DNA of 64,000 nt from Chloroflexota bacterium (GTDB taxonomy: Bacteria > Chloroflexota > Anaerolineae > DTLA01): assembly GCA_014360805.1 (NCBI GenBank), contig JACIWU010000001.1, forward strand, positions 3,327 through 67,326. Direction: 5' to 3'. Below are positions 9,612-19,126 of the stretch, one piece after another; the stretch's first letter is position 1, and the number at the start of each line of letters is the position of its first letter. The position numbers and the translations under genes are program-made. Under the pieces are notes generated by a model that saw nothing but the letters and a program-made list of their open reading frames with translations, made no database searches and had not been told where the DNA came from.

Positions 9612-9720
9612 CTGTCCCCTCTCCCGCTGGGAGAGGGCTAGAGTGAGGGATGCCCGCCTGCACGGGGGTTCGTCCCGCGCTAAAGGGGCGAGGCCCCCTT
9701 CGGGGCTAGCGCCAGTCCAT
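9612..9720. repeat. REP-like structured intergenic element, CCCCTC-hairpin family (copy 1)
   Basis: Contains cccctctcccgctgggagagggctagagtgaggg, then cgggggttcgtcccg, then ggcgaggcccccttcggggct (UUCG-loop hairpin). Homologous over about 100 bp to 40760-40860. Located 30 nt after the glgP stop. Confidence 0.5.
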
Positions 9721-9841
9721 AGCGGCACACCATGCTATACTAGGCAATCTATGGCCCACGGTGCCCTCGGCGGCGAAATCCATCGCGCCCAGCCAGACGC
9801 TCCAGCGCCGGGCGCAACGCAACCGATGCTAGGAGGCAAAC

Positions 9842-10600
9842 ATGCGCTGGATTGCACTCACACGCACACCTGGACAGAGTTATGTCAAGGCTATATCCTC
9901 CACGGCGGCCCGCATTGACCCTGACAAGGCCCGCCGACAACATGCCGGCTACTGCCAGGCGCTCCGCAACATCGGACTGGAGGTCATCATCCTCCCGCCC
10001 GACGAGCGCTTCCCGGATGGCTGCTTCGTGGAGGATGCCGTCGTTGTGCGGAACGGCAAGGCGCTACTCACCCGTTCAGGCGCGCCATCCCGCCAGGGCG
10101 AAGGCGAGACCCTGCGCCCGACGCTCCAGGCGCACAATCTGCAAATCGTGGAGATTGAGCCGCCCGGCACCCTGGACGGCGGCGATGTCCTCTGGGTAGA
10201 AGATGTCGCCTACGTTGGGCTGGGCGACCGCACCAACCGAGAGGGCATCGCCCAACTGGCCGCCAAACTGGGCGTGGAGGCTCACCCCGTCCCCCTGCCT
10301 AAGGGTATGCTGCACCTGAAATCCGGCGCTGCCTACCTGGGTAACGGCATGTTGTACGCCGTCGCCGCGTTCGCCCCCCTCGCCGCGCAGATCGGTCTGG
10401 AATGGATCCCTGTGCCGCAAGGCGAGGAGATCACCGCCGACGTGCTCCTGTTCGGCGCGAAGGTTGTCATCCCGGCGGGATACCCGAGGGCCGCGAACCT
10501 GCTCAAGGAACTGGGGTTTCAGGTGCAGCCGGTAAACCTGGCCGAATTCGCCAAGGCCGACGGCGGCCCCACCTGCCTGAGCGTCATCTGGCCCGAGTGA
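9842..10600 (+). CDS. Dimethylarginine dimethylaminohydrolase (DDAH) / amidinotransferase-superfamily hydrolase
   Basis: 252 aa. C-terminal catalytic Cys in GGPTCLS. DDAH-like fold motifs. AGGAGG RBS. Confidence 0.75.
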   Translation: MRWIALTRTPGQSYVKAISSTAARIDPDKARRQHAGYCQALRNIGLEVIILPPDERFPDGCFVEDAVVVRNGKALLTRSGAPSRQGEGETLRPTLQAHNLQIVEIEPPGTLDGGDVLWVEDVAYVGLGDRTNREGIAQLAAKLGVEAHPVPLPKGMLHLKSGAAYLGNGMLYAVAAFAPLAAQIGLEWIPVPQGEEITADVLLFGAKVVIPAGYPRAANLLKELGFQVQPVNLAEFAKADGGPTCLSVIWPE

Positions 10601-10689
10601 GTATCGCACGGACACGTGAACCGACGCGAACGTGCCTGACGGTTCGGACGAGCGACATCGCGAGGGCACACACCGCGCAGGGGCCCAGC

Positions 10690-10923
10690 GTGCTGTGCGG
10701 GCCAAATGAGAGGCTCTGCGGCCCTTGTCCGCCACCGAATCGGCTCCAAACTCTAATAGGGTTCTACGTCAAGCGCCAAGAGTGTAGCCACATGATTCTG
10801 CGCCGCGACGAGCCGTTTGCGCAGATTGTCGCTCCTGATCATCGGGAACTGGATAGAGGAACGCTACGCGCGATCATCCGGCAGGCTGGCCTCAGCGTAG
10901 ATGAGTTCGTGAAACTGCTCTGA
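10690..10923 (+). CDS. HicA-family type II toxin-like protein (orphan; no HicB partner seen)
   Basis: C-terminal 50 aa, KRQECSHMIL...IVAPDHRELDRGTLRAIIRQAGLSVDEF, matches the HicA/YcfA signature (GSH...vtvP.H...GTLrsIlkQAGLs.eeF). An upstream in-frame GTG at 10690 has a weak RBS, and ATG 10792 would give a truncated 43-aa product. Confidence 0.45.
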   Translation: MLCGPNERLCGPCPPPNRLQTLIGFYVKRQECSHMILRRDEPFAQIVAPDHRELDRGTLRAIIRQAGLSVDEFVKLL

Positions 10924-10959
10924 CGGGCTGGCCTCTCCCGCTTTTCATTTCCCAATCGT

Positions 10960-11060
10960 CCCTTCGCGCGCCTCGCAGTCGCTGCCCTTTCGCGTCTTTC
11001 GCGCCCTTTCGCGCCCTGTCGCGAGGTTTGCGTTCCAAATCCCCTTCGCGCAATTCGCGT
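10960..11060. repeat. Phased tandem array of a 10-bp unit (consensus about CCCTTTCGCG) in the convergent intergenic region
   Basis: TTTCGCG-like cores at 10988, 10997, 11007, 11017, 11044 and 11054, spaced 9-10 bp apart (one helical turn). Confidence 0.5.
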
Positions 11061-11071
11061 CCCCAAACCCT

Positions 11072-13235
11072 CTAGCGCACCTCAATCGGATAGAACCCAA
11101 TGCCCAAGGTTCGCTCGTCCAGGCTGCCGGGCACCGAGTCCTTGGGCACAAAACTGCCGCCCAGATACCGGAACGTAACGAGGTTGAAATCGCGCCCCAG
11201 CGGGAGCGCTACATCCGTCAGCACATCCTTGCGCATGTCAAACGTGCCGATCTCCCGCCCGTTCACCAAAATGCGCAACCGACCGAAGTCCCCGAACGTG
11301 CCGCGAACGTGCATCTTCACCGGCGTGAGCAAGATATGCGCGGTTCTTGCCTTCTCAGTGTAGATGAGCATCCGCGCTGTGGCCTGCATCCAGCGGACGC
11401 CCGTCCCGGGGTCCGGACCGTACCATCCCGACTGGTACAGCACGCTCAGGCCCGATTCATTCGGCATGGCGATGGCCCCGTTGATGTCCAGATAGCGAAT
11501 GGAATCATCCAGCATAAACCCGTAGCGTCCGGCCACTACGACGGCCCCCAAATTCGGGCGGAACATGTGGGCACAGGGCAGCGGCGCAGTGCCGCAGCGG
11601 TCGCCCTCCTTCGGCAGGTACACTACAAACCCTGCGTTGGTTACGCGGCTCTGATACGCCGTTTTCGGCAAGGCACTGAAACCGGCATCCGACCCAGGCG
11701 CTACCAAATACGGCGTGCGGATGGGCGACAGAAACAGGAAAAAGGCCAGCACGATGGCGAGCACGAAGCCCGATTGCGGCAACTCTCCCGCATCCGTCTC
11801 GCCCACCAGCCTCGTCGCGGCCACGGTCAAAGCCCCAACCGCCAACCCCCAGAACGCCCCCATCCCCAGGCGGGGACTGGGAACCGTCAAGAACCACGCG
11901 ACCAACGCCACGATGGGCGGTAGCAGGACGAGCCAAAGGCGCTTGCGGCTCGCCTGTCCGCCGCACTTGGGGGCGAACAGCCCGGCCAATCCCGCCACGA
12001 GCGCGACGCCAATGGCCCGAGGCACGTCCGCCGGCAGGCTGTCGGCCCACTTGCGTACCCACGCCATATCCGCCAGCACGTCGGCCCAGAAGACCTGCGG
12101 CGTGCGCACCCACGACTGTAGCCACTTCGCCTCGCTGGCGACCAGCGCGCGGGGCACGCGCCATGGCACGTTGACCGCACCGAAGGTGCTCGGGTACACC
12201 GGGTAGCCGCTCAGGATAATGCCCCGTGCCATCCACGGCACGACGACCAGCAAGACCGCCGCGCAACTCCGCCCGAGGATTGCGACAATCTCGCGAGGCG
12301 CACGCCCGGGGCGACGCGCCACTTCCACACCGAGCGCCACGGCGAAAATGCCTATGCCCAACACGGCAAAACTCCGCTCCACCACGACCCCGGCGCACGC
12401 CATCAGCGCGAACCAGACAAGCCAGAACTGCGCCTCGGCCGGCTCCATCTCCCCGGACCGCGCGAGAAACCCCAGCAACTGCCCCAGCATCAGCACCGCA
12501 AGGACAAAGACCGGCAAGGAGGGAGACAGTGTGGCGATGTTGCCGCCGGAGACCTCTACCATCACGGGCGCCAGCAACAGCGCGTAGTACAGGCGATAGG
12601 CGCGCTCGCTGTCGCGCCCCACAAACAGAGCCGCCAGGCTCCGCACCGCATACGCCATCAGTACGGTGGCCAACAAACCGCTGGCCAGATGCAGCGCCCG
12701 ACCCGTCCATTCGCCAGCGTCCAGCATGGCCGCGTACAGGTAGTACGTGCTGTTGAACGCCAGTCTCCCATGCACGTTGCCCAGCCCGGGCACGATCGGA
12801 TACGATTTCGCCCAGAGCATGGATTGGATTCGGTACAGAGCATCGTCGTAGTTGGCCGTGCCCGCCGTGGCTAGATTGGCGAACCACAGGCCGATGATCG
12901 CCGTGGCCAGCCAGACCCGCTTCCGCCCTCGCCATTCCGCCTGGATCAGCGCCCACACGTCGCGCCAGTGCAGCCCCAGCCCCGCCAGGCCCAAAAGCCA
13001 CACCACCGTCAGCGCCAGCCAGTTGACGGCGAAGAAGATGTGCCAAATCTGGAGAAGCGCAAGCGTCAGCGCCCAGCCGATCCAGAACGCGAGGAACACC
13101 CTGCGCGGGAAGGGCACCACCCGCCCGAGTCGCGGCGCGCATCGTAACCCCAACAGGCCCACGCCGCTGAACACCGCGAACAGGCCCACCCACGAGAGGA
13201 GCATAAACGACGCTGGCTTCAGCAATTCAAGCATG
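11072..13235 (-). CDS. Large polytopic membrane protein (about 12 or more TM segments plus a C-terminal soluble domain of about 200 aa), possible GT-C-fold glycosyltransferase
   Basis: 721 aa from ATG 13235 (MLELLKPASF). Many hydrophobic helices. Acidic loop motif YDDALY early in the protein. The C-terminal beta-rich domain is unassigned. Confidence 0.6.
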
Positions 13236-13478
13236 TCGCACCACCCGGTCGCAACAGTCTTTCGCCACGGACAACAGCGGGATTTGCAATTGCACCAACC
13301 GCGCCTGCCGTCGGAACGCGAGGCCATAGGCGCATTCCCCGGCGCGCGGCGCTATCATACCCGTTTTCGCATCCCTGTCAACGTCGTGCGCCCCGCTGTG
13401 GGTCGCAGCGTCCTCGACGGTGAAATCCAGGCCCTTCACCCCGCACCCCCAGCCGTGAATCCCGCACACGTCGTCTTT

Positions 13479-13507
13479 TTGACATCCGCAGCGCCTCGCC
13501 CCATAAT
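13479..13507 (+). promoter_or_regulatory. Sigma70-type promoter candidate for the gene at 13561
   Basis: TTGACA (13479-13484), 17-nt spacer, CATAAT (13502-13507). Confidence 0.5.
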
Positions 13508-13560
13508 GGCGTGCAGAAGGCCCAAGGCCACATCCCACACCATCACTGCGGGAGCACGCA

Positions 13561-14204
13561 TGTCGTTACATTCGCTCTGGACCGACGAAGAACAGGCCAT
13601 CCTGGCCTCGCTCAGCACCCCTGCGCGGGTGCAGGATTTCCTGGACAGCATCCCCTACACCACCGACCATCAGACCCGCTCGCCGAGGCGGGTGCTCCGC
13701 GATCGCTGCGCTCACTGCACCGAGGGCGCGATCTTCGCGGCGGCGGCCCTGCGCTTCCACGGCCACCCCCCGCTTGTCGTGGACCTCCGCGCCGAGAACG
13801 ACGACGACCACGTCATCGCCGTCTATCGGTGGCGAGGGCACTGGGGAGCCGTCGCCAAGTCCAACTTCGTCGGCCTGCGCTACCACGAACCCATCTTTCG
13901 CAACCTGCGCGAATTGGCGCTCTCGTACTTTGAGGAATACTTCAACACGCTGGGGGAAAAGACCCTTCGCGCCTACTCGCGCCCCCTGGACCTGAGCGTA
14001 TTTGACAGCATCCACTGGATGACTACCGAGCAGGATTTGGAGATCATCGGCGCGCGGCTGGATCGGGTGCGCCACTACCCGCTGCTGGACGCCGAAGCCG
14101 CCCACAACCTGCGCCCCGTGGACAAGCGCATGTACGACGCCGGTTTCTTGGGCACGGACATGGCGGGCGTCTACGTGGCCAAGCCCAACGCCGCACGCGG
14201 GTAG
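13561..14204 (+). CDS. Transglutaminase-like / papain-fold cysteine peptidase superfamily protein (hypothetical)
   Basis: Cys-His-Asp arrangement: RCAHCTEGAIFAAAALRFHG ... DDDHVIAVYRWRGHWGAV resembles the transglutaminase-like core. Confidence 0.45.
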
Positions 14205-14290
14205 GGAGCCGAACGCACGGCGCGCCACCTGGCGCTTGACAGCCCGCCCGCGCCATGCTACAGTGGCGCTACTTCACGCGAGGCGCAAAT

Positions 14291-14887
14291 ATGCCGGACG
14301 ACGAAAATTCGGGTGGGGAGCGCCAGACCCTCACCTGGGACTACGCTCTGCCGCTGGCGACCAATCCGTTCATCTGGTGGGACTTCCTGCGCGTGGTCGC
14401 GGCAAGCCTGCTCATCATGGAACTCTTCGTCTTCGCCATGAGCCTCGTTGCGGGCGATCCCGCATGGCTGCCCCCATCCGTGTTGGCGCTCGTCGCGGGC
14501 ATCCTGGCGGCACTCTTCCTCATCGCTACGCTGCTGATCTACGGCAACCGCTACCGCGCCCGTTTCGTCGTGGACGCGAGGGGCGCGCAGATGGAAGATG
14601 CGGGCCAGGGCCGCCGTTTCCGGTGGCTGATGGCGGTGCTGGGCGTGCTGGCGCGGCGGCCAGGTGTAGCCTTCTCATCCACGGCAGGCCCGTCGGGCTA
14701 TGGCGAGCGCGTCAGTTGGCGCGAGGTGCGGCGCGTTACGGTGCACCGCCGCCTTCGGGTCGTTACGCTCAGCAACTCGTGGCGGTCGCTGCTGCGGCTC
14801 TACTGCCCGCCACAACTGCTGGACCAGGTCGCGGCGCTGGCGCAGGCCCATGTCGCCACAGCCGCGAAACGCAGAACGACGCGGTAA
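14291..14887 (+). CDS. Hypothetical membrane protein (two TM helices)
   Basis: ORF with GC3 bias. Hydrophobic helices FIWWDFLRVVAASLLIMELFVFAM and LALVAGILAALFLIATLLIY. Start assigned at ATG 14291. Confidence 0.45.
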   Translation: MPDDENSGGERQTLTWDYALPLATNPFIWWDFLRVVAASLLIMELFVFAMSLVAGDPAWLPPSVLALVAGILAALFLIATLLIYGNRYRARFVVDARGAQMEDAGQGRRFRWLMAVLGVLARRPGVAFSSTAGPSGYGERVSWREVRRVTVHRRLRVVTLSNSWRSLLRLYCPPQLLDQVAALAQAHVATAAKRRTTR

Positions 14888-14953
14888 GTCCGCACGCGGC
14901 GAAAGAATCCGGCCTAATGACATGAGGTGCGACATCCGTAAGGAGGGGAGCCG

Positions 14954-16423
14954 ATGAATACCAAGAGGTTCACAATCCTGCATTCCAACGACATGCACGG
15001 CGATTTTCTGGCCGAAATGCGCGGAGCGGAGGGCCGCCTCATCGGAGGGCTGGCGCTGCTCTCCGGCTATGTCAACAAGGTGCGCCGCGAAGAGGAAAAC
15101 GTTCTGTACGTCATCGCTGGCGACATGGTACAAGGCTCCATCATTGACACCGAATACAGGGGTATCTCCACCATTGAGATCATGAACTACCTCTCGCCCG
15201 ACGTCGTATCCCTGGGCAACCACGAGTTTGACTACGGCCTGCCGCACCTCCTGTTCCTGGAGCGCATGGCGAACTTCCCCATTGTCAACGCCAACCTGTA
15301 CATCAAGCCCTACAACAAACGCCTGATGCGCCCGTACCACATCATCAACAAAGCGGGGTTTGACATCCTGTTCATCGGCATCATCACCGACAAGGTCATT
15401 GACGCCCTCAAAACCGACCCCGTCATCGGCACGTTCATCTCTCTGCAAGAGGCCAGCGACGAGGTAGGCCGCATCTGCAACGCCTACAAGAACGACGACA
15501 TAGACCTAACCGTGCTCCTCACCCACATCGGGTTTGACTCCGACGTGGAACTGGCCAAATTGCTGAAGCCCGAATGGGGCGTGGACATGATCATCGGTGG
15601 GCATTCGCACACGATCCTCAGCACGCCGGTGGAGGTGAACGGCGTGCTCATCGCCCAGGCCGGCGTCGGCACCGACCAGATCGGGCGATTTGACATCGTC
15701 GTGGACGACGACACGAACTCCATCGTGGACTATACCTGGAGACTCATCCCCATCACGGACGAGATCACCGAGCCTGACGAGGGCTTGCACAACTTCATCG
15801 CCTCGTTCAAAGATGAGGTGGACCGCAAGTACAACGCGATCCTGTGCAGGTTCGCGACGGTGCTCACCCACCCCAAACGCGAGGAGGAAACGGCGCTGGG
15901 CAACCTGGTGGCCGACGCCCTGGCCGAATACACCGAGAGCGATGTGGTCATGGTCGGGAGCGGCTCCATTCGCCTGAAGGAACTGGGGCCGATCCTCACG
16001 CTGGGCAATTTCATCTCCTGCTTCCCCTTTGACGACGCGCTGACCCGTTTCACCGTCACCGGCGGGCAATTGAAACGCATCTTCGCCCACGTCATGCGCC
16101 CCGAAAACCGAGACGGCGAAGGCGAATGCTACCAGGTGAATCGCGGCGTCCGCGCCGCGTACACCGAGGCGAAGCGCGAACTGGAATCCCTGGAGGTGCG
16201 CGGCAAGCCCGTGGACGGTGAGGCGCTGTACACGCTGGTGCTCCAAGGCTACCATGTCAACAACGCGGCGGTCTACCTCAACATCACCTACGATGAACTG
16301 ACCGCCCACGGCAAGCCCAAAGTCGTCAGCACATCCATCCAGGACGTGCTGGAGGAGTACTTCCGCAACAACCAGAACCTAAACGCCAAGGTGGAAGGAC
16401 GCCTGGTGTACAAGAGCGCATAG
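14954..16423 (+). CDS. Bifunctional metallophosphatase / 5'-nucleotidase (UshA-like)
   Basis: Calcineurin-like metallophosphoesterase motifs (HSNDMHG, GDMVQG, GNHEFD, GGHSHT) plus a C-terminal 5'-nucleotidase domain. AGGAGG RBS. Codon usage is visibly AT-richer than in neighbouring genes. Confidence 0.85.
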   Translation: MNTKRFTILHSNDMHGDFLAEMRGAEGRLIGGLALLSGYVNKVRREEENVLYVIAGDMVQGSIIDTEYRGISTIEIMNYLSPDVVSLGNHEFDYGLPHLLFLERMANFPIVNANLYIKPYNKRLMRPYHIINKAGFDILFIGIITDKVIDALKTDPVIGTFISLQEASDEVGRICNAYKNDDIDLTVLLTHIGFDSDVELAKLLKPEWGVDMIIGGHSHTILSTPVEVNGVLIAQAGVGTDQIGRFDIVVDDDTNSIVDYTWRLIPITDEITEPDEGLHNFIASFKDEVDRKYNAILCRFATVLTHPKREEETALGNLVADALAEYTESDVVMVGSGSIRLKELGPILTLGNFISCFPFDDALTRFTVTGGQLKRIFAHVMRPENRDGEGECYQVNRGVRAAYTEAKRELESLEVRGKPVDGEALYTLVLQGYHVNNAAVYLNITYDELTAHGKPKVVSTSIQDVLEEYFRNNQNLNAKVEGRLVYKSA

Positions 16424-16485
16424 CCCCCAGACCAATCCAGGCCAAAGCCCATAGGCTGCTCACATACCCACGCAAAGAGGAGTCC

Positions 16486-17067
16486 ATGAACGCAGGTGAA
16501 CAACGCTACTGTGAACAGTGCGGCGCGGCGCTGGGCCCCGACGCGCGGTTCTGCGGTAAGTGCGGCCGGCCGGTCGCGCCGGCGGCCCCGCCACCACCGC
16601 CGCAGGCAAGCGCCCCGACCGACTCGCGCGCCCAGGCCCAGGCGTGCGCCGTCGCCGAAGCCATGCCGAAGAAAACGCGGACTCCCGTCCTGGGCCGTGT
16701 GTTGGCCGTGCTGGCGGGCCTGGCGCTCATCTTCCTGGGGCTGCGCGGGCCGATTCTGAGCATCTTCGGTGAATCGGCGACGGCGGTCATCACGGACGTC
16801 TCCGTGTCGGACAGCGAGGAGCACGAGTATCAAATCACGTATCAGTTCACCGCAAATGGCCAGCCCTATGCAGGCTCATGGAATCAGGAAGCGCTCAACA
16901 TCACGACCCTCCCCGCCGAAGGCGCTCGGATTTCCGTCCGCTATCTGCCTGCGTGGCCTGGCCTGAACGCCCCGGCACGCGAGGCTGCCCCTGGCCTCAC
17001 CAGTCTCGTCCTGGTCGGCCTCGGTGTGCTGCTCATCCTGTTCAACGGCAAGGTGCGCATCGGCTAG
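16486..17067 (+). CDS. Zinc-ribbon protein with a Pro-rich linker and a DUF3592-like membrane domain
   Basis: N-terminal YCEQCGAALGPDARFCGKCG. Pro-rich stretch, TM helix, beta domain, then a C-terminal TM helix. Confidence 0.6.
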   Translation: MNAGEQRYCEQCGAALGPDARFCGKCGRPVAPAAPPPPPQASAPTDSRAQAQACAVAEAMPKKTRTPVLGRVLAVLAGLALIFLGLRGPILSIFGESATAVITDVSVSDSEEHEYQITYQFTANGQPYAGSWNQEALNITTLPAEGARISVRYLPAWPGLNAPAREAAPGLTSLVLVGLGVLLILFNGKVRIG

Positions 17068-17128
17068 GGCGCAGAACCCGCGTGGCCAGCCACGTCTGCT
17101 CCGCCCAGAAGGCGGAAGGGAGAACGAA

Positions 17129-17554
17129 ATGAACTATCGGGCGACCGTGGTAACGATGCCCGCCTTGCTCCTGGCCGTTTGCAGAGCGCACACGTTCCCG
17201 GAAGGCATCAAGGATGCGTGGAATCGCCTGGAAGCCGCCAAGCCATCCTTGAAGGGGCGACGATTCTACGGACTCACAGTGTGCGAAGGCGACAAACTTG
17301 CCTACTATGCTGCGGTGGAGGTGACCCACGACGAGGAAGCCGCGGCGCTGGGATTCCCGGTGTTGCGCGTCAAAGGGGGCCCCTGCGCCCGAGTGAAATT
17401 ACGGGATTGGCCCAAGCACGTGGATGAAATCGGCGACATCTTTGCCGATCTCATGCGCCGCTTCACCATGGCCCCCGATGCCCCCACCGTAGAGTACTAC
17501 CGAAGCCAATCCGAACTGCACCTGTTGCTCCCTTTGGCCCACAAGGACGAGTAA
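17129..17554 (+). CDS. GyrI-like small-molecule-binding domain protein (AraC effector-domain-like)
   Basis: 141 aa. Sequence pattern of the GyrI-like / bacterial transcription-activator effector domain. GGAAGGGAG RBS. Confidence 0.55.
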   Translation: MNYRATVVTMPALLLAVCRAHTFPEGIKDAWNRLEAAKPSLKGRRFYGLTVCEGDKLAYYAAVEVTHDEEAAALGFPVLRVKGGPCARVKLRDWPKHVDEIGDIFADLMRRFTMAPDAPTVEYYRSQSELHLLLPLAHKDE

Positions 17555-17637
17555 GCAACGGCTGCCCACAGCGGTGGGTTCTAGGCCGCGGCGACGCAAC
17601 CCGCCCGGCGCCTACGGCGGCTAGGGAGGTACAGATT

Positions 17638-18756
17638 ATGGCAAACAAACAATGGGTATCCTTCGCTGTCTCGCTGGGAGGTCTTGTCCTGTTGGTAGCG
17701 TGCGCTGGCCCCGCAACTTCAAGCCCTACGGCCAGGCGTACCGTGCCTATCGGCACAGTCGCAGTGGCCACAAAGGCCCATCCCACAGAACCCCCTTGGA
17801 CTAGCACGCCCGCCCGCAAACCCACAGCCACCCCCATGTCCACCGCTACGCCGCAAGCCGTCATCCCCATTGACGGAGCGCGCAGTGTGGCCTTTCACCC
17901 GAGTGGGCGATGGGTGGCCTTCGGCACTCTGGACGGCGAGGTGATCCTATGGGACATCCGCGAGAACCGCGAAGTGCGCCGCATGAAAGAGCACAGCGGC
18001 ATGGTCGGTACTGTGGACTTCAGCGCCGATGGCTCACTCCTCGCGTCGGGCAGCGCCGACAAGACCGCCATCGTATGGGACGCGAATACGGGGGAACGGA
18101 AGCATCGCCTAATCGAGCATTCCGCCGAGGTTGCCGGCGTGGCCTTTGCCGACTACGGCGCGTGGCTGTTCACCGGCAGCAGGGATGGCTATGTGTGGAT
18201 GTGGGATGCAGACGACGGCACCAAGGTGGCCTATACCCAGGGGCCGTCGCAGGTCGTGGGCATCGCCTACAGCCACACGCGCCTGCTAGCAATGGCCCGC
18301 CAGGATGGCCTGGTCATAGTCGCCGACTGGCAGGCCCAGAAGGACAAATTCGTGATCCGCGCCTTCCCCGATCTACAGCAGGGGCAGACGACCTACGCAC
18401 TGGGCTATCCCCGCATGGCCTTCAGCCCAGATGGCTCCTTGCTGGCCTGCCCGTCGCTCTTCCTTCAGGCTGGCGCGTCGCCTGGAAAGGCGTATCTCTT
18501 TGACATGCGCGCAGGTCAGAACGTGGCGGAGTTCCCCGGCAACCCTCGCGCGACGGCCTTCAGCCCCGATGGTACACAACTGGCACTCGGCCACTTGTCC
18601 GGCGCTGTAGAGGTATGGGACGTGAAAAAGAAAACCAAGTCTCTGACGTTCCCCGGAGCCGGCGTCGTTTGGGATCTGGCCTTCAGCCCCGATGGGCGCT
18701 CCCTGGTCGCCGTAGGCACTCTGGGCGTGCAAATCTGGACCATACCGGCCGATTAG
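17638..18756 (+). CDS. WD40-repeat lipoprotein with a PT-rich linker
   Basis: Signal peptide plus lipobox LVAC. PT-rich segment. Multiple WD repeats (GSADKTAIVWD, GSRDGYVWMWD, VEVWD). Confidence 0.85.
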   Translation: MANKQWVSFAVSLGGLVLLVACAGPATSSPTARRTVPIGTVAVATKAHPTEPPWTSTPARKPTATPMSTATPQAVIPIDGARSVAFHPSGRWVAFGTLDGEVILWDIRENREVRRMKEHSGMVGTVDFSADGSLLASGSADKTAIVWDANTGERKHRLIEHSAEVAGVAFADYGAWLFTGSRDGYVWMWDADDGTKVAYTQGPSQVVGIAYSHTRLLAMARQDGLVIVADWQAQKDKFVIRAFPDLQQGQTTYALGYPRMAFSPDGSLLACPSLFLQAGASPGKAYLFDMRAGQNVAEFPGNPRATAFSPDGTQLALGHLSGAVEVWDVKKKTKSLTFPGAGVVWDLAFSPDGRSLVAVGTLGVQIWTIPAD

Positions 18757-18778
18757 CCGAAGCACGGCGAGGAATACA

Positions 18779-19108
18779 ATGGCAGCACAGCGGCCGTTCC
18801 GGGGTAGCGAAGCCTTGGCGGGCCTTTCGCTGTTGGGGCTTGCTTATGTGGGGGCTCTCTACTACCTCCGCACGCTCACCGGCTTGGACGTGGCCGATGG
18901 GGTCATCGGCGTCCTGCTGGGGCTCTACATCGCCTCGCATCCCGCCGCCAACGCCATAGACATGTTGTTCTTCCGCCGCCACGTTGCGCGCGAACTTTTG
19001 GCAGGCACAGCAGGCGCGATCTGGCTGGCCCTGAACGCACTCGCGCTGGCCGTGGGATGGGTGAACATCTGGGTGGGAGCGGTGCGATTCGTCCCGCCCG
19101 CACCGTAA
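18779..19108 (+). CDS. Small hypothetical membrane protein
   Basis: 109 aa with three hydrophobic helices. GC3-biased frame. Confidence 0.45.
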   Translation: MAAQRPFRGSEALAGLSLLGLAYVGALYYLRTLTGLDVADGVIGVLLGLYIASHPAANAIDMLFFRRHVARELLAGTAGAIWLALNALALAVGWVNIWVGAVRFVPPAP

Positions 19109-19126
19109 AGATGCGCGTTGCCTGGC

